Shown piece by piece: positions 37,001 through 50,051 of a stretch of 64,000 nucleotides of DNA. The stretch's first letter is position 1. Each line of letters opens with the position of its first letter. Below the pieces are notes generated by a model. The model had not been told where the DNA came from. It saw only the letters and a list, made by a program, of their open reading frames with translations, and ran no database searches. A program made the translations under genes and the position numbers. The stretch comes from Epiperipatus broadwayi (taxonomy: Eukaryota; Animalia; Onychophora), in contig JAQFVV010000006.1 of assembly GCA_028023455.1 (NCBI GenBank), positions 2,356,001 through 2,420,000 on the forward strand, in the 5' to 3' direction.

Positions 37001-40000
37001 TTCAATGGAAATAATAATTTAAGATCATTTTAAACAAATGAAACAAAATATTATTTTTAATAATATTTTACCAAATTTTTATATGTGGTCAAATTTTTTA
37101 AAAGTTAAACATTTTGATATTAGTTAGTATATGGGAAGAAGCAAACTTAAATTTATTAAAATAATGTAAGAGAGTAGTCTGTTCAAAATGCGACTCAAGC
37201 CAATCAAATCACCAAAAGAAGAAAGAGAAATTTTAATATCAGTTACATCAATAATAATTATATTTTATACCAAAATATATGGTTACAGTTTATATATATA
37301 TATATATAAGTTTTTTCAAGTATTTCTAAAAAATATTGTGTATCTATAGTGTGAGAAGTTGGTCTGACTTCTAGACTGATGATTGGTTGAGATAGGATTG
37401 AGCTAAAAGATGAAGGATGCATTAATGAAAGCAAAAACTTGTGAATATATATTACATAGTAACGATTATACAATTCTTCTCAAGTTGTTAAAAGTGGATA
37501 GAAAACAGTCTCAACCTTGCATGAGAGTGGTATAGTGAACATTATCAAGACTGTCAACATGGGCAAGGAAATCAGTTTTTATAACACTATGATACTGCAG
37601 ACATTCATTCTGAGAGACTTGAAGTATATATTTGGGCTAGGGATAATGTCTAGTTTAATAAATGATTAATATAAGATAGTAATATATTTCCGTAAAGTAT
37701 TTTGTGTCAAAGTTGTAATGCAGTCAAATTTGAATCATGTCAATTAAACTATAGTTATTTTCTATCTATATATGTACTGGACAAATGATGAAAATATGGG
37801 TAAGAGATTGTGATCTGGATTATCTGATGAGTACTAGGTACATAGTGTAAGAAATTAAGTTGTAAGCATCTCTAAAAATAATGGGTATATGAAATTAAAT
37901 GGTAACCTGCTATAAGAATTACTTGAATATGCTTCTAATGTATCTGTAGTGCAAGAGGTCAGTCTGTCTTATGGTTGATTGTGATATTATTGAGCTAAAG
38001 GTTAAAGATGCATTGATAAAGGCAAAACACTATAAAAGCATTTGAAGAATTTGATTTAAGTGTTCCATAAAATTTTAAAGATGCAATGGGAAAATCATAA
38101 AACCAATCAGTATATTCTTCAACTTGTTACATGTGATACTTAGATTCCACTCTTGTAGAATCTCTTTCATTGGATTAGAGATTTAAAATGAGTGAACGTG
38201 AGCATGTTTTTTTGGTGGAAGTAGATCATGTTTACATTATAAATGTTATCTCAAACACCTTCTAAAGTAATGCAATATTGATTATTTCAATTGGGAAAAT
38301 AATAGAATACTTTGGAGAGTTGCAATTAGACTTTGTGTCGAAATATTTGAGAAAGGAAAATATTCTGAAGAAATTGAAATTACAGATTGCAAAATATCAC
38401 ATAAACAGAAAAATGGACTAGCATGTTCTATTTGTAGACATATTTGGGTTCACAGATTGGTGTGTATAGTCATCACAAAACTTGCCCCTAGAGCAGGTTT
38501 TGTTTCTTTTGGTACTTACGTGTTATCTTGTCTCCCAAGCTTGGCAGTCATTTGCTTTTTTTTAAATTAGAACTGGAATGGCTGTACTCATTTATGGATG
38601 GTTGAATATATATGCTGTAATTAAATGATTACAATGTGTGTGGGTTTTTTTTTTTTCAGAATTATATTATTTGAAATGTGCTTGATAAATAATTATAACC
38701 ATCCAATCAACTATTCAGTATTGGTCAGTAAATGGGTAACTAGATAAAATTCTGGCAATTGCCATTTCTCTATCACCATAGCCATAATACTACTTTTTTA
38801 TAATTAATACTCATTATGAAGCTAACTCTTATATATATATATATATATATATATTGATAATCATTTGTAATATGTTACATGTGTTACATATAGTTTATAA
38901 TAATTCTAATCACTTGTTTTATGTTACAAGTGTTATATATGGTTTATAATAATTCTACTGTTTTAATTTTCTTTATTATTAAAACTTCTTTAGTCCATTT
39001 ATATATGCCCTGCATGATTTCAGACTAGTTCTCAACATCCGTGATTCATAGCCTTCTTTTTCACTTTAAGTGCTCGAACGTCATATGAACTCCAAGAATA
39101 AAGTATTCATCATTATTAATATTCCTCCTATATTATTGCATAATATTTTTTTTTATTGCAACGTAACTCAAATTTGCATATTATTAGCATACTGCATAAT
39201 CCCATTATTCCTTTTTTTATATATATTTCTGTAAGAAGATTACTGGCCACTTAAAATATTTCCATTTGTATCATCTTTTATTATTCTAAAGCAGCTATCT
39301 CAAGGATCAGCAACTGTGAAAAATAATCTTGTAATCTTGGTAACATAATTCATTTTCTAAAAAGAAAAGAATTAATTGAGCTGTTGAAAATCTTTTTGTT
39401 CGACTGAATGGAAGAGGAGAAACTTGATTATTCTCGTAAATTTTTAATTTCCTTCAAATAAATATGGTTTTCTTTTTTTTAAAAAAAAAAAAAAGTTGTA
39501 TACACAATCTGATGAGATTATTAAAAGTTGAGTGAATAGCATCAGATATTCTCAGCGAGATAAAATTCTCCGATATTATTCCGATAATGTGCGTGACCAC
39601 ACATTCTATATATATAATGACTATTTTCTCTGTCTCTGGCAGTGAGATTTTGTATTTGTTCAACCACTTACCTTTATTTAATCACTTCCTCAGTAATTCT
39701 CCCTCCTATATATCTAACATTTTACAATAATAATGTATATTTGCATTTAAAAAATAATGTAATACAATTATTTTTTAGATCTAAATACAATTACTCGACA
39801 GTCAAAACTGTTATGGGAGAATTAAATATAGTACTGGGAAGATTGAATTAGGGGTTTAGTTTTTTTTAAAAAAAAAACATTTCACATGTTACTGAAGTCA
39901 ACATGTTAGCATTACTGTATGTAATGAAAATACATATTTTGATTTATTTGTTATTTTTTTTAAAAAAAGAAAAAGATTAATCAAAGTATAAATAACTATG

Positions 40001-41678
40001 AATAATAATAGATCAATGACATATTTAGAAAATATATAAAAATATTTTTTTATCAAAAACTCTTTTTGAAGTGAGATTTTAAAAATTACAAATTATTTAT
40101 GCAAATCTTTATATATATTTAAATGATTTATAAAAAAATTTACATATATATATTTTTTTATTTATCTAAATGTTAACTTTTTATTGTAATAATAATAGGA
40201 ATGAAAGAAACAAATAGATAAGCTTTTTCAAAATTTTTACATTACAAAAGAATTTTTTGTTTTGTTTTGAAAAGTGAAATTTTTTTAAATTATTAATAAA
40301 AAAAGAAGACCTTTAAATTACTTGTAAGCATTAAAGTGTATTGTTAATATATGTTTAATATAAACTAAGCCCTGATTATATATATATATGGGAGATGATG
40401 ATCTGAACCAAGTGATGAGCTGCTGATTCAGCACGAAATACTTATATTGGAGATCATTTATTTTTTTCACATGTATGTGGTCATGTGTATCAGTTATATA
40501 AGCTGGAGTGGATAGCTGAAGAAAGCTTGAAAGTCTGAGTTCAAATCCCTACTAGTTACATCTTAAAAGTTTGGTCTTTACAATATACTAGTATTGATTT
40601 ACTAATATATATTTGTATAATTCATAAAAAAAATGAGAACCTCGTATTGTAACACTCATGATCTCCTGCTTGCTCTAAAATGTGAGTTCAAATAAGGGGT
40701 GACCTTGATACATTTTTTTTTCAGATTTTAATTCAAGCTTAATCCCTTATTCTTCCTTTCCCTCCCAGATAGATATCACGTAGTTAATCAAGCTAACCAT
40801 TCAATATTTATCAGTATATTGATATCTCATTATTTTTAGCAGATGAAACAAGAGTGGAAAACTGCTCAAATCATCAGCCAATTTAAATTTTTCAAATTTT
40901 CGTGAATAATGTTTTCATCATTATTTCTTGAATGGGATCAAGCCGTAGTTTTTTTTTTTTTTAATGCTATTTAAGTCTACTTTTATATAAGAGGGGTGGC
41001 AAAATGGTAAACACTATGTACTATCATACTTATGACCTGCTTTTGTTTTTACATTGATTTTTTTTTCCGATTGCTAAACCAACCAACCCACCCAACTAAA
41101 TATTTATATAGCAGTCAGTAAATGTATATTTAGCTATTATTAACTGAAAGGAAAATCTAACCACTTGGTTATTGAAGATCTTATTGAGTACTTCCTTCTC
41201 TTTCCCTGGTTTATATTTATGAACTTCTAGCAAGACCTTATCCTTACAATTGAGTAATCCCTTCTTTTTCTCTTGTTTAACAACTTCTGGCAAGAGTTTA
41301 CCATGGCAATTACTTATTTAAGGTTTATAGATGAAATTATTTCTCATACCCATTTCAAAGGAGAGCTGAAAAAGATATTTGCTATGGTTTTAACATAAGC
41401 CATTACTATTTATGTAATCCCAGAATATTGTCCAAGAAAGATCATTCCATTTTCTTTATATATATATAATAAACAGCCAAAAATAAAAATTGAAGATAAG
41501 GTTTGTTAAGACTACGCAAATCAATTTCTGAATTCTTATTCCATTTAAGTGGCAGATTTCCATATTAACCATTATTATATCTTTTTTAAATAGAGCAGTG
41601 TTCTTTCCCCAGTTGATTGTGATCTTTCTGTTAATCACAAGAGATTTTCTTTTAGATCCTTTTGTCTAAGTCACATTA

Positions 41679-42392
41679 TGCTATGTGTGTGTGTATTCAC
41701 ATATACACGCAATAATAATAACTCTATTAACTCCATGTATGTGTGTGTATTAACAGATACACGCAATAATAATGTAACTATTACAAATGAATACAAGTAT
41801 GTGTGTGCATGCTTATTAACAGAGATACGCAATAATAATGTAACTATTACAAATATTCAAGTATGTGGGTGTATGCTAAAGGTATCACAGAAACGATTAA
41901 GGTTGGTCAGAGATAACCAGACTGACCACTTTGTACCTCTTGTCATGGGATAACCAATGGAAATAGAGAGTGTTACAAACCGGGATGGCGGGAAAAAACA
42001 AGGTCAGACTTGCTAGGCGAAGTTGAGGGATGGATGCGTTTTCCTGAGTGCACAGACACTACTTCACTTTCAGCTCGTCTCGCGGAGAGGTCTACCTCCG
42101 AACGTACCAAGGTAGACCTAGGGACTATTACAGGTCGTATAGACTTTAATATTATTTATTGTAAGCCTGCGGGCCTTTAAGACTAGAGTTGTATAATAAT
42201 GTGTTAGTCAGTTTATCTTCTGTAATAATTGTATTATATATTGATCCTTGTGTATATATTTATGTATATAAACCTATTAACTCCACTACCGTGTTCGTGT
42301 GTTAATTATATAATATACTTGTCGCTGTTGAGCGCGATAAATCTCACTCAAACCTCAACCATATAAATATCCGACTAGTACTGGATATTGCA
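41679..42392 (+). repeat. 5' LTR (714 bp)
   Basis: tgctat...attgca; ~97% identical to 46431-47144; three ~60-68-bp subrepeats in U3. Confidence 0.97.
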
Positions 42393-42393
42393 C

Positions 42394-42404
42394 TGGCGCA
42401 GTCG
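42394..42404 (+). promoter_or_regulatory. Primer binding site, complementary to tRNA-Ser 3' end
   Basis: TGGCGCAGTCG 1 nt after the LTR; complements CGACTGCGCCA of arthropod tRNA-Ser(AGA/CGA). Confidence 0.75.
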
Positions 42405-42508
42405 TAACAGTTCAATTTGAACCCTAGCAGTCTGCTGACAACCAAATAAGTCAGGCAGAATTATTGAAGTAACGGTATTAAATGAGTTAGTTATATAAAT
42501 TGCTTAAA

Positions 42509-43240
42509 ATGCAATCAATAATATCCGAGTTTGACATCAGAGAGGCAAACGAGTGTCCCCTGTACGTTCAACAGATTGAAAATTACTGTTTTATTAACAG
42601 ATAGAGGAAGATGCGTATAAAACAGCGACATTATTATGTTTTGCATGAAAAGGGGTCATACAAATAGCTAACAGATTAGCAGAACCCAACACTCCTGAAA
42701 AATTAACCTACAATGAGTTAAAAGATCTTTTGTCAAATTATTTTAATCCTCGCCCGTCTAGGCACATCGCCAGACTTCATTTTCGAAATCGCCATCAAGG
42801 CAGAAACGAAAATACGCAGGATTACGACTCAGCCCTATGCGAACTCGCAAAAAACTGCTGTTATGATTCATATTTAGAAGAAGCGCTACTGGAACAATTC
42901 CTATGTGGAATGAATAGCAACAGTTTGAGGCAGCAGTTACTGGCTGATAAAGACATAAATTATCATGAAGCTATCAAACGCAGTATCGCTCACGAAATAG
43001 TGGTGGAGCAAGCAAAAGAATTTGCTTTGAAAAAAGGCATTGATAGTGATCAAACAGGAATATTTGGTGTTGAAAAACTCAACAAAGGGTCTTCCGATAA
43101 CAAAACTATTAAACAGACAAATAAAAGTCAGACAGTGCTATTGTTGCGGAAAACTAGGTCATATAGCTAAAGATTGCTATTTCAAACACGATCGATGTAG
43201 ACTGTGTAAAAAATAGGTCACATGGTGAGAATGTGTGAAA
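42509..43240 (+). pseudogene. gag: gag pseudogene with two CCHC zinc knuckles
   Basis: MQSIISEFD...LTYNELKDLLSNYFNP...; CYCCGKLGHIAKDC and CRLCKKIGHMVRMC from 43136; stop and frameshifts. Confidence 0.9.
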
Positions 43241-43341
43241 ATAGAACAGTTGACCAAGTTAAAGGAAATAATATACAAAGTATAAATAATACCAAATGTA
43301 ATATTGTTATAGATAACACGGTTATAAATCAAGCACAGAAA

Positions 43342-46300
43342 TTTATGACTACTGTGAAAGTTTACGGAAAACCCCTGTCGATGGAAATAGACAGCGGTAG
43401 CGGCATTTCTTTAATATCCGTAACCGACTGGAATTCGATCAGAGCGGAAATAAGAGAGCCCCCTAGGCTTAGCAATACTAAGCTTAGAGCATCGGATGTA
43501 AATGGTAAAGAAATCAAAATTAAGGGTGTAGTCCAAGCCCAAATTACGAGTAGTAAAGGCAACATTTCAATCTTGCCGCTATATATTGTACACGCCCCCA
43601 TAAACCCTCTCATTGGTCGGGACTGGTTTACAGAGCTCGGAATTGAAATTTCATTGGTCAAAAAAATTGACCATGAAAAAGACAAGAGATCGTTTCCCTA
43701 AACTTTTTAATGGCAAACCAGGAACGATTAAAACTAAACCTGTGTCACTGGAAATGTCACCAGAGGCCGTGCCAATAATTTGCAGACCTTGGAAGGTCCC
43801 CTTCGCACAGAAAGAAAAAGTAGCAAAAGAGATAAATGAGTTAGTGAAGAACGGCATTCTAGAACCGACAGAGGAGACAGAGTGGGCGACTCTGCTGGTC
43901 GTTATCACCAAACCTAACGGACAGATATGCTTGTGCGGCGATTATCGCATAACTGTCAACAAATCTCTAAATAAACATCCCTACCCCGTTCCAAACTCCA
44001 GAGAAATATTAGCATCACTGCAAAAATCAAAATATTTTGCTAAATTAGATTTAGATGCGGCCTTCCATCAAATTCCAGTAACAAATAAGGCTGCTGAAAT
44101 TCTAACACTGACTACTCATGTGGGTCTATTCAAATGCAAACGCCTCCCATTTGGCATAGCGTCCATTCCCAGTATATTCCAAGCAAAAATTGAAACTCTG
44201 CTTACTGGATGCGAGGGCGTTATCCCTTATTTTGATGACATATTAATTACTGAAGATCAGAAAATGAATTGCATTGTCGTCTAACTACTGTCTGTCAAAG
44301 GCTAGAAGAGTTTGGAGCGAAATTAAACACTGAAAAATGTATATGGAAGGCCACTGAATTAAAGTTTTTAGGGCACATAGTCTCTAAGTCTGGGACAAGG
44401 CCATCCCCCAAAAAGGTCAAAGCAGTGTCAGAAGCTAGAAAGCCTAGTAACATAAAACAATTGCAGGCTTTTTTGGGTTTGGTAAACTATTTTGAGAACT
44501 TCCTAGAGGGCAAAGCTCGCATAGCCAAACCATTATACGAGCTACTGAAAAAGAATCGGAAATGGAAATGGGAAGCAACACAAGAAAGGGCTTTTCAAAA
44601 TACCAAAGCTTTACTTGTATCAAACAAATTACTGATACACTATGATAGCGATCTTGAAATAACACTAACGACTGATGCATCAGAATATGGAGTGGGGGCA
44701 GTAATATGTCACCCAGCTCAATCTGGGGAACGTCCCATAGCATATGCGTCATGCACTTTGTCCAAAGCTGAAAAAATTATAGTCAGGTGGATAAGGAAGC
44801 GCTAGCTATAGTATTTGGAATTCGTAAATTCCACCATTATCTATACGGTCGTTATTTCAAAATCATGACAGACCACAAACCACTTCTGGGAATTTTAGGC
44901 ATCAAACAAATTCTGGAACACCTCAGCCCGCGCATGTTGAGATGGATTAACATACTTGCTGGGTATGATTACAGTCTGGAATATAGAAAGGGAAAGAATA
45001 TTGGTCACGCCGATGCATTATCCCGAATGCCTGACAACTCAGAGAATACAACAAGCGAAATAGAAATCAATTATATTGATGCGCTTCAAAGCCAGACTCT
45101 TAATAGCCGAAAAGTAGCAGCATGGACTAATGAAGATGCTGGCTACAAATGGCTGATGGAAAAAATTGGAAGAGGCTGGCCAGCACAGCGTCCTCCGTTT
45201 TTGCACATAGAGCTATGGAAAGCTCGCGAAAAATTATCAATATGTAAAGGTTGCATTCTTAAAGGCGATCAGGTCCTAATACCAAAAATAGGTAGATCAC
45301 ACATACTAAATTTATTACATGAAGGTCATCCAGGCAGTCAGGGCAAAAGCGTTAGCCCATAGTTATGTATGGTGGCCAAGAATCAGCACTGAGATAGAAA
45401 CATTCATAAAAAAATGTTCTAGCTGTCAGTCATGTGCAAAAGCGCCCCAGCGAAATATGAAGCTTGGAAAGAAGCAGAGAAACCTTGGCAGAAAATTTAC
45501 ATTGACCACTGCGGTCCAATCCACGGACAATTATTTCGGGTAGTGGTTGATGCCTACTCAGGATGGTCAGAATTTAAACCAGTGAAAAACACAAGTTCGG
45601 ATGAGATGCTGGACAAGCTCATGGAAATTTTTTCATACCACGGGCTACTGGAAACCCTCGTATCTGATAATGGAACCAGTTTCACGTCTGAAAAATTTGC
45701 CGAATTTATGCAGGAATGGGGGATTAAACACATCCTTACCCCCCCCACCCCTAATAAAATGGACTGGCTGAGAAAGCGGTACAAAGCTTAAAGTCATCAA
45801 TGAATAAATTGGGAAAAGGAAGACTCCAAGAGGCAGTTTTCATGGCGTTGCTATATCAGCATTCCACACCCACATCTAAAACGGGCAGATCACCTGCAGA
45901 AAAATACTTAGGCCGGAAATTACGTACAAAGCTCTCAGCAATAAGGCCATCAAAAGAGCATCAAATGCCAATTACGACAAATAACAAATTTTCACCTGAT
46001 GAACGAGTCTGCGTGAAAAATAATTTAAATAAATCATGGACTCAGGCATACGTGGTACGCCATTTAAGTAAACAAATGGTTGCTGTCCATATGGCAGATG
46101 GCAAACAATTGCGTAAGCACATTAACCAATTGCGCAAGAGTGCAACAACAGAATTCTGTACTCCACAATTGTTTAAAAGTAATGACAAAGAAAATGATAC
46201 TCACTATGAAACTAAAAGTGAAACAGAAATCATTACTGCTGACGAAGAAAGTCAAAATAGTGAAGAAAATGAAATAGTCACAGTTGGTGAAATTAAATCA

Positions 46301-46378
46301 CCCCCACGCGCAAAGAGGAGAACAAAAATTCCCCTCCGCCTGCACGATTATGTGCTAAGTTCAGAGAAGAAGAAATGA
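43342..46378 (+). pseudogene. pol: pol pseudogene (protease, RT, RNase H, integrase)
   Basis: IDSGS, RLCGDY-like, KLDL..AFHQI, YFDD, TDASEYG, WWP..C..C, VDAYS, SDNG motifs split over six ORFs. Confidence 0.95.
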
Positions 46379-46420
46379 AAAAAAAAATCTTTTTTTAAAA
46401 AAAAGTACGTCGCTGAACTT

Positions 46421-46428
46421 GGGGGAGG
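46421..46428 (+). promoter_or_regulatory. Polypurine tract
   Basis: GGGGGAGG 2 nt before the 3' LTR. Confidence 0.85.
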
Positions 46429-46430
46429 CG

Positions 46431-47144
46431 TGCTATGTGTGTGTGTATTCACATATACACGCAATAATAATAACTCTATTAACTCCATGTATGTATGTGT
46501 ATTAACAGATACACACAATAATAATATAACTATTACAAATGAATACAAGTATGTGTGTGTATGCTTATTAACAGAGATACGCAATAATAATGTAACTATT
46601 ACAAATATTCAAGTATGTGCGTATATGCTAAAGGCATCACAGAAACGATTAAGGTTGGTCAGAGATAACCAGACTGACCACTTTGTACCTCGTGTCATGG
46701 GATGACCAATGGAAATAGAGAGTGTTACAAACTGGGACGGCGGGAAAAAACAAGGTCAGACTTGCTAGGTGAAGTTGAGGGATGGATGCGTTTTCCTGAG
46801 TGCACAGACACTACTTCACTTTCAGCTCGTCTCGCGGAGAGGTCTACCTCCGAACGTACCAAGGTAGACCTAGGGACCATTACAGGTCGTATAGACTTTA
46901 ATATTATTTATTGTAAGCCTGCGGGCTTTTAAGACTAGAGTTGTATAATAATGTGTTAGTCAGTTTATCTTCTGTAATAATTGTATTATATATTGATCCT
47001 TGTATATGTATTTATGTATATAAACCTATTAACTCCACTACCATGTTTGTGTGTTAATTATATAATATACTTGTCGCTGTTGAGTGCGATAAATCTCACT
47101 CAAACCTCGACCATATAAATATCCGACTAGTACTGGATATTGCA
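46431..47144 (+). repeat. 3' LTR (714 bp)
   Basis: Matches the 5' LTR; followed by CATTA. Confidence 0.97.
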
Positions 47145-47456
47145 CATTATGACAGAAATACTGCATACAACGTGATATCTTGCTTTATGTTTATCTAAAA
47201 CTTTGTGTTGATAGCTTGTAATTGTAATTATACCCTAGATCCATTCTGTTATCTAATATTAATTGTTAAATGTCTTTAAAAAATTAAAATTTTATTTAAA
47301 GGTATCAAATACATTCAATTGTTAGTAATGGTATACACAGACTAGTATATAGCGCAAAGTATTAAGTGGTCTTATTTTTCCGTCTTAACGTATTAGCCTG
47401 ACTAATGCCAATGCTAGCAAGAGAATTGTACCTTGGTCCTTTAGATTCAAGAAATA

Positions 47457-48256
47457 TAGGCAGTTCTCTACATTCATACATTCAACTTCATGCTATTTTG
47501 TACATATTTTGTACTTTCGATTTTTATCGATATATATCTCAAAACATGCTTACTTTCATGTAATGATTCTCCCTTTTTTTGTGGACTAGTCACTAGTCCC
47601 TCCCACTAATCACATCCATTTTCGGTGGAACATGTTCACCATTTAGCAGAGATGTTTTGAGTTAGGACATGCTGATAAATTGTGTCTTGTCAGTTTAAGT
47701 TAGAATATGTGCGATCACTTTATGTACATTTCTGTTTTGGTGGAAAAATTTGCCCTTATTAATTTAAAAACATGAGTGAGAAATACAAAAACAGCAGTGT
47801 TGAATACAGACAAAAAGAAATCAAGGTCTCATAATCTCCACACAATCGAGAAGATGGTGAATCTTTTGCTTCAGTCAATCATTCATACAATCTAAGCTGA
47901 TTGACAATATGTTCAATCATGAAAAACAAGAACAAAATTAAGGAATATTATTTGTCTAGATCTTATACGTATACGATTTTGTCGCACGTGTCTATATACT
48001 GTATTTAGCCTCATTTTTTTCTCGATCAAAATTTTAAAAAAATTTAGCTAAAAAATATTTTCAAAGTATGAAAATTTATTATATGTTAAGAATTCTTGGA
48101 ACTTTTTTTTAAAAATAGAAACATAATATTTAACAGAAGTATATATATATATTTTAAAACTTCTTTTTTTTTTTTTTACATTGCTCTATTTTCATACATT
48201 TCAACTTTCATACACATTTCAAAAAACAATTAAGTATTAAAGTAGAAGATCGCCTG
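47457..48256 (+). mobile_element. Tigger/pogo-derived non-autonomous DNA transposon, second copy
   Basis: Aligns with 16718-17571; ta-taggcag / cgcctg-ta termini. Confidence 0.75.
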
Positions 48257-49672
48257 TATTGATTTTAAGTATATATTCTAGCTAACTAGATTATTCTGTC
48301 AAAATCAACAATCCGTAGAAATGTTATGTACTTTATCCATGGATGTTCTTGATTTCTTCACTTTTTTTAAGGATAAGATTAAAGAGGGGTTATAAATTAT
48401 CACACTAGGTTGAATTATGGGGTTCTTTGCCATTGTTACATGAATAGCTTCATTATTTTGTTTGTGCTTTTTCCCTCTCTGTTCAGATATAAATGTTATT
48501 AACCATTTTAATTTTCTTCCCCAAAGCAATTTACATGTCTGTTTGCCATCTATTGAGAGAAATTGCTAATTTTTTTTTAAAGTATCTAATTATATATATA
48601 TTTATTGAGATAGATTCTCTTTTTCAATTTATAATTTATATGAAAAAAATTAAAATACATGGCAATTATAAATTAAAATTCGGGATTCACAAATTATAGG
48701 TATATTTTTTCCGTTAAATTTAGGTTTTTTTTATTGTAGACATACTGACTCTTTGATTAATATCTGTGCTTAAAATAAAATTTACTAAATTTCAAGCTTA
48801 GTCTAAAAGATAAAGAAACTAATTTATTTCTACTAAATAAATTTGGCTTAAAACTTTTGTTATAGAAACAAAGTTTAATTAAATATTAATCAAGAAAATT
48901 TTGCTAAAATAGTTTATCTCATTATCAAGTGGAATTTATTGAAAACTGAGTTCTTTTATTAAGCTTTGTTTCATGTTTTGGAAGGGTTTTAAAATATTAT
49001 CAATATTTTTTTAAGGACTACAAAAGCTTGTTATCTGTAAACATATTGTTCACTTATCTAAAGAATTTTGTAAATGCAGGAATAAATAGAAGTAATTTCT
49101 GGCTTTTTAATTGTATCAAAAGAAAATATGTATTGCAAAGCTTGGTAACTATATAAAAAGGAATTTGGTCTTTTGTTGCTCTTTCTACTCATCCATAAGT
49201 GATTGCTGCCAGAAAGAATTCCTAGGAATCTCAATAAGCACATGCTGCTAAGAAGCCATGAAAGAAATTCATTCTCAAGCATGGGGCCCATAACTATTAG
49301 GATGTCAAACTCCAATTGCTGAATGAAATCCGACACTATGCCAGCCAGCTTCACATATATTAAATTGCACTTAAAACAGACACACTTCTCAACAATGAAA
49401 CTGAACAAATTTTAGCTGGAAATGTAATACCTGATTGTGACTAATATTTGAAAATTACCAATGGAAAAGGTTTCGCTGATGAACTATCAAAGAGCTCTTG
49501 TTACATCATGTCTGTAGGATGAAAACGTATGTTATAAATATAAGAATACTTTTATAGAGAAACACATTCTTCTCAGTCATATCTTGGACTTAATGAATAA
49601 TTTAATAAACTTAAAATTTTAATTACCATAAGCCAATCAATCATATTTAGAGATATTGGGAGTTTATAATTA

Positions 49673-49945
49673 TATGGAGAAACTAAAACCAACATTGCAA
49701 CCAGAGTAGCTCAACATAGATATCTTTATAACAGAACTAAAACAAAGCTTGAAGGCAAGTCAATTTTCATTGAGCATGAAAGAGCCACTGGTCATGCCTT
49801 TCTACCCACCATAGCCAGTGTCATTTGCTCTGAAGTAAATGATACTAAATGCAAAATCAGGGAAACTTACTACATAGTAAGCAACCCAGCAGCAATCAAT
49901 AGAAGAGAGGCCTGTTTTTCTCTGTCTCGAAAATGGTCCATCTAG
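49673..49945 (+). pseudogene. Penelope-like GIY-YIG endonuclease C-terminal fragment (91 open codons, absent from the ORF track)
   Basis: YGETKTNIATRVAQHRYLYN...SIFIEHERATGH...CKIRETYYI...INRREACFSLSRKWSI*, colinear with the 58632 ORF end. Confidence 0.9.
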
Positions 49946-50005
49946 CATCTCCATATGAATTTGCATAAATTTGCATTAATATTACAGTTCTTGATTAAAC
50001 ACAAG

Positions 50006-50051
50006 TAGCCATAAATATGGGACTATAAACTGTCCTGAAAGCCTTTGGCTG
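50006..50051 (+). ncRNA. Variant (A3:U8) hammerhead, decayed (G5A)
   Basis: tagcc ATAAATA t gggac tataaact gtcct GAAA gcct TT ggctg, 60 nt after the PLE stop. Confidence 0.55.

Larger units (their letters stand above)
41679..47144 (+). mobile_element. Complete Ty3/Gypsy LTR retrotransposon, Mag-like (K02A2.6-type), frameshifted
   Basis: Two 714-bp TG..CA LTRs, 5-bp TSD CATTA, PBS, PPT, gag with two CCHC knuckles, PR-RT-RH-IN order. Confidence 0.97.

Noticed and set aside
37824-37845. CTGATGA gtac tag gtac
   Set aside because: GAAA box absent (atag) and no stem I; at best a very decayed remnant, not counted
40503-40545. CTGAAGA aagctt GAAA near a B-box-like gagttcaaatccc
   Set aside because: Too short for stem II plus loop; probably a decayed SINE
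41700-41880. CRISPR-like repeat-spacer appearance
   Set aside because: Units are whole tandem duplicates inside a eukaryotic LTR with no unique spacers and no cas genes
45996-46018. CTGATGA acg agtctg cgt GAAA inside the Gypsy integrase
   Set aside because: No stem I or stem III partner; lies in coding sequence; expected by chance
43362-46584. Antisense ORFs within the Gypsy element and ORFs in the LTRs
   Set aside because: Shadows of the pol frame or of low-complexity LTR repeats
49058-49408. 116-aa minus-strand ORF as a host exon
   Set aside because: No recognisable homology or clear splice sites; adjacent plus strand is decayed PLE sequence
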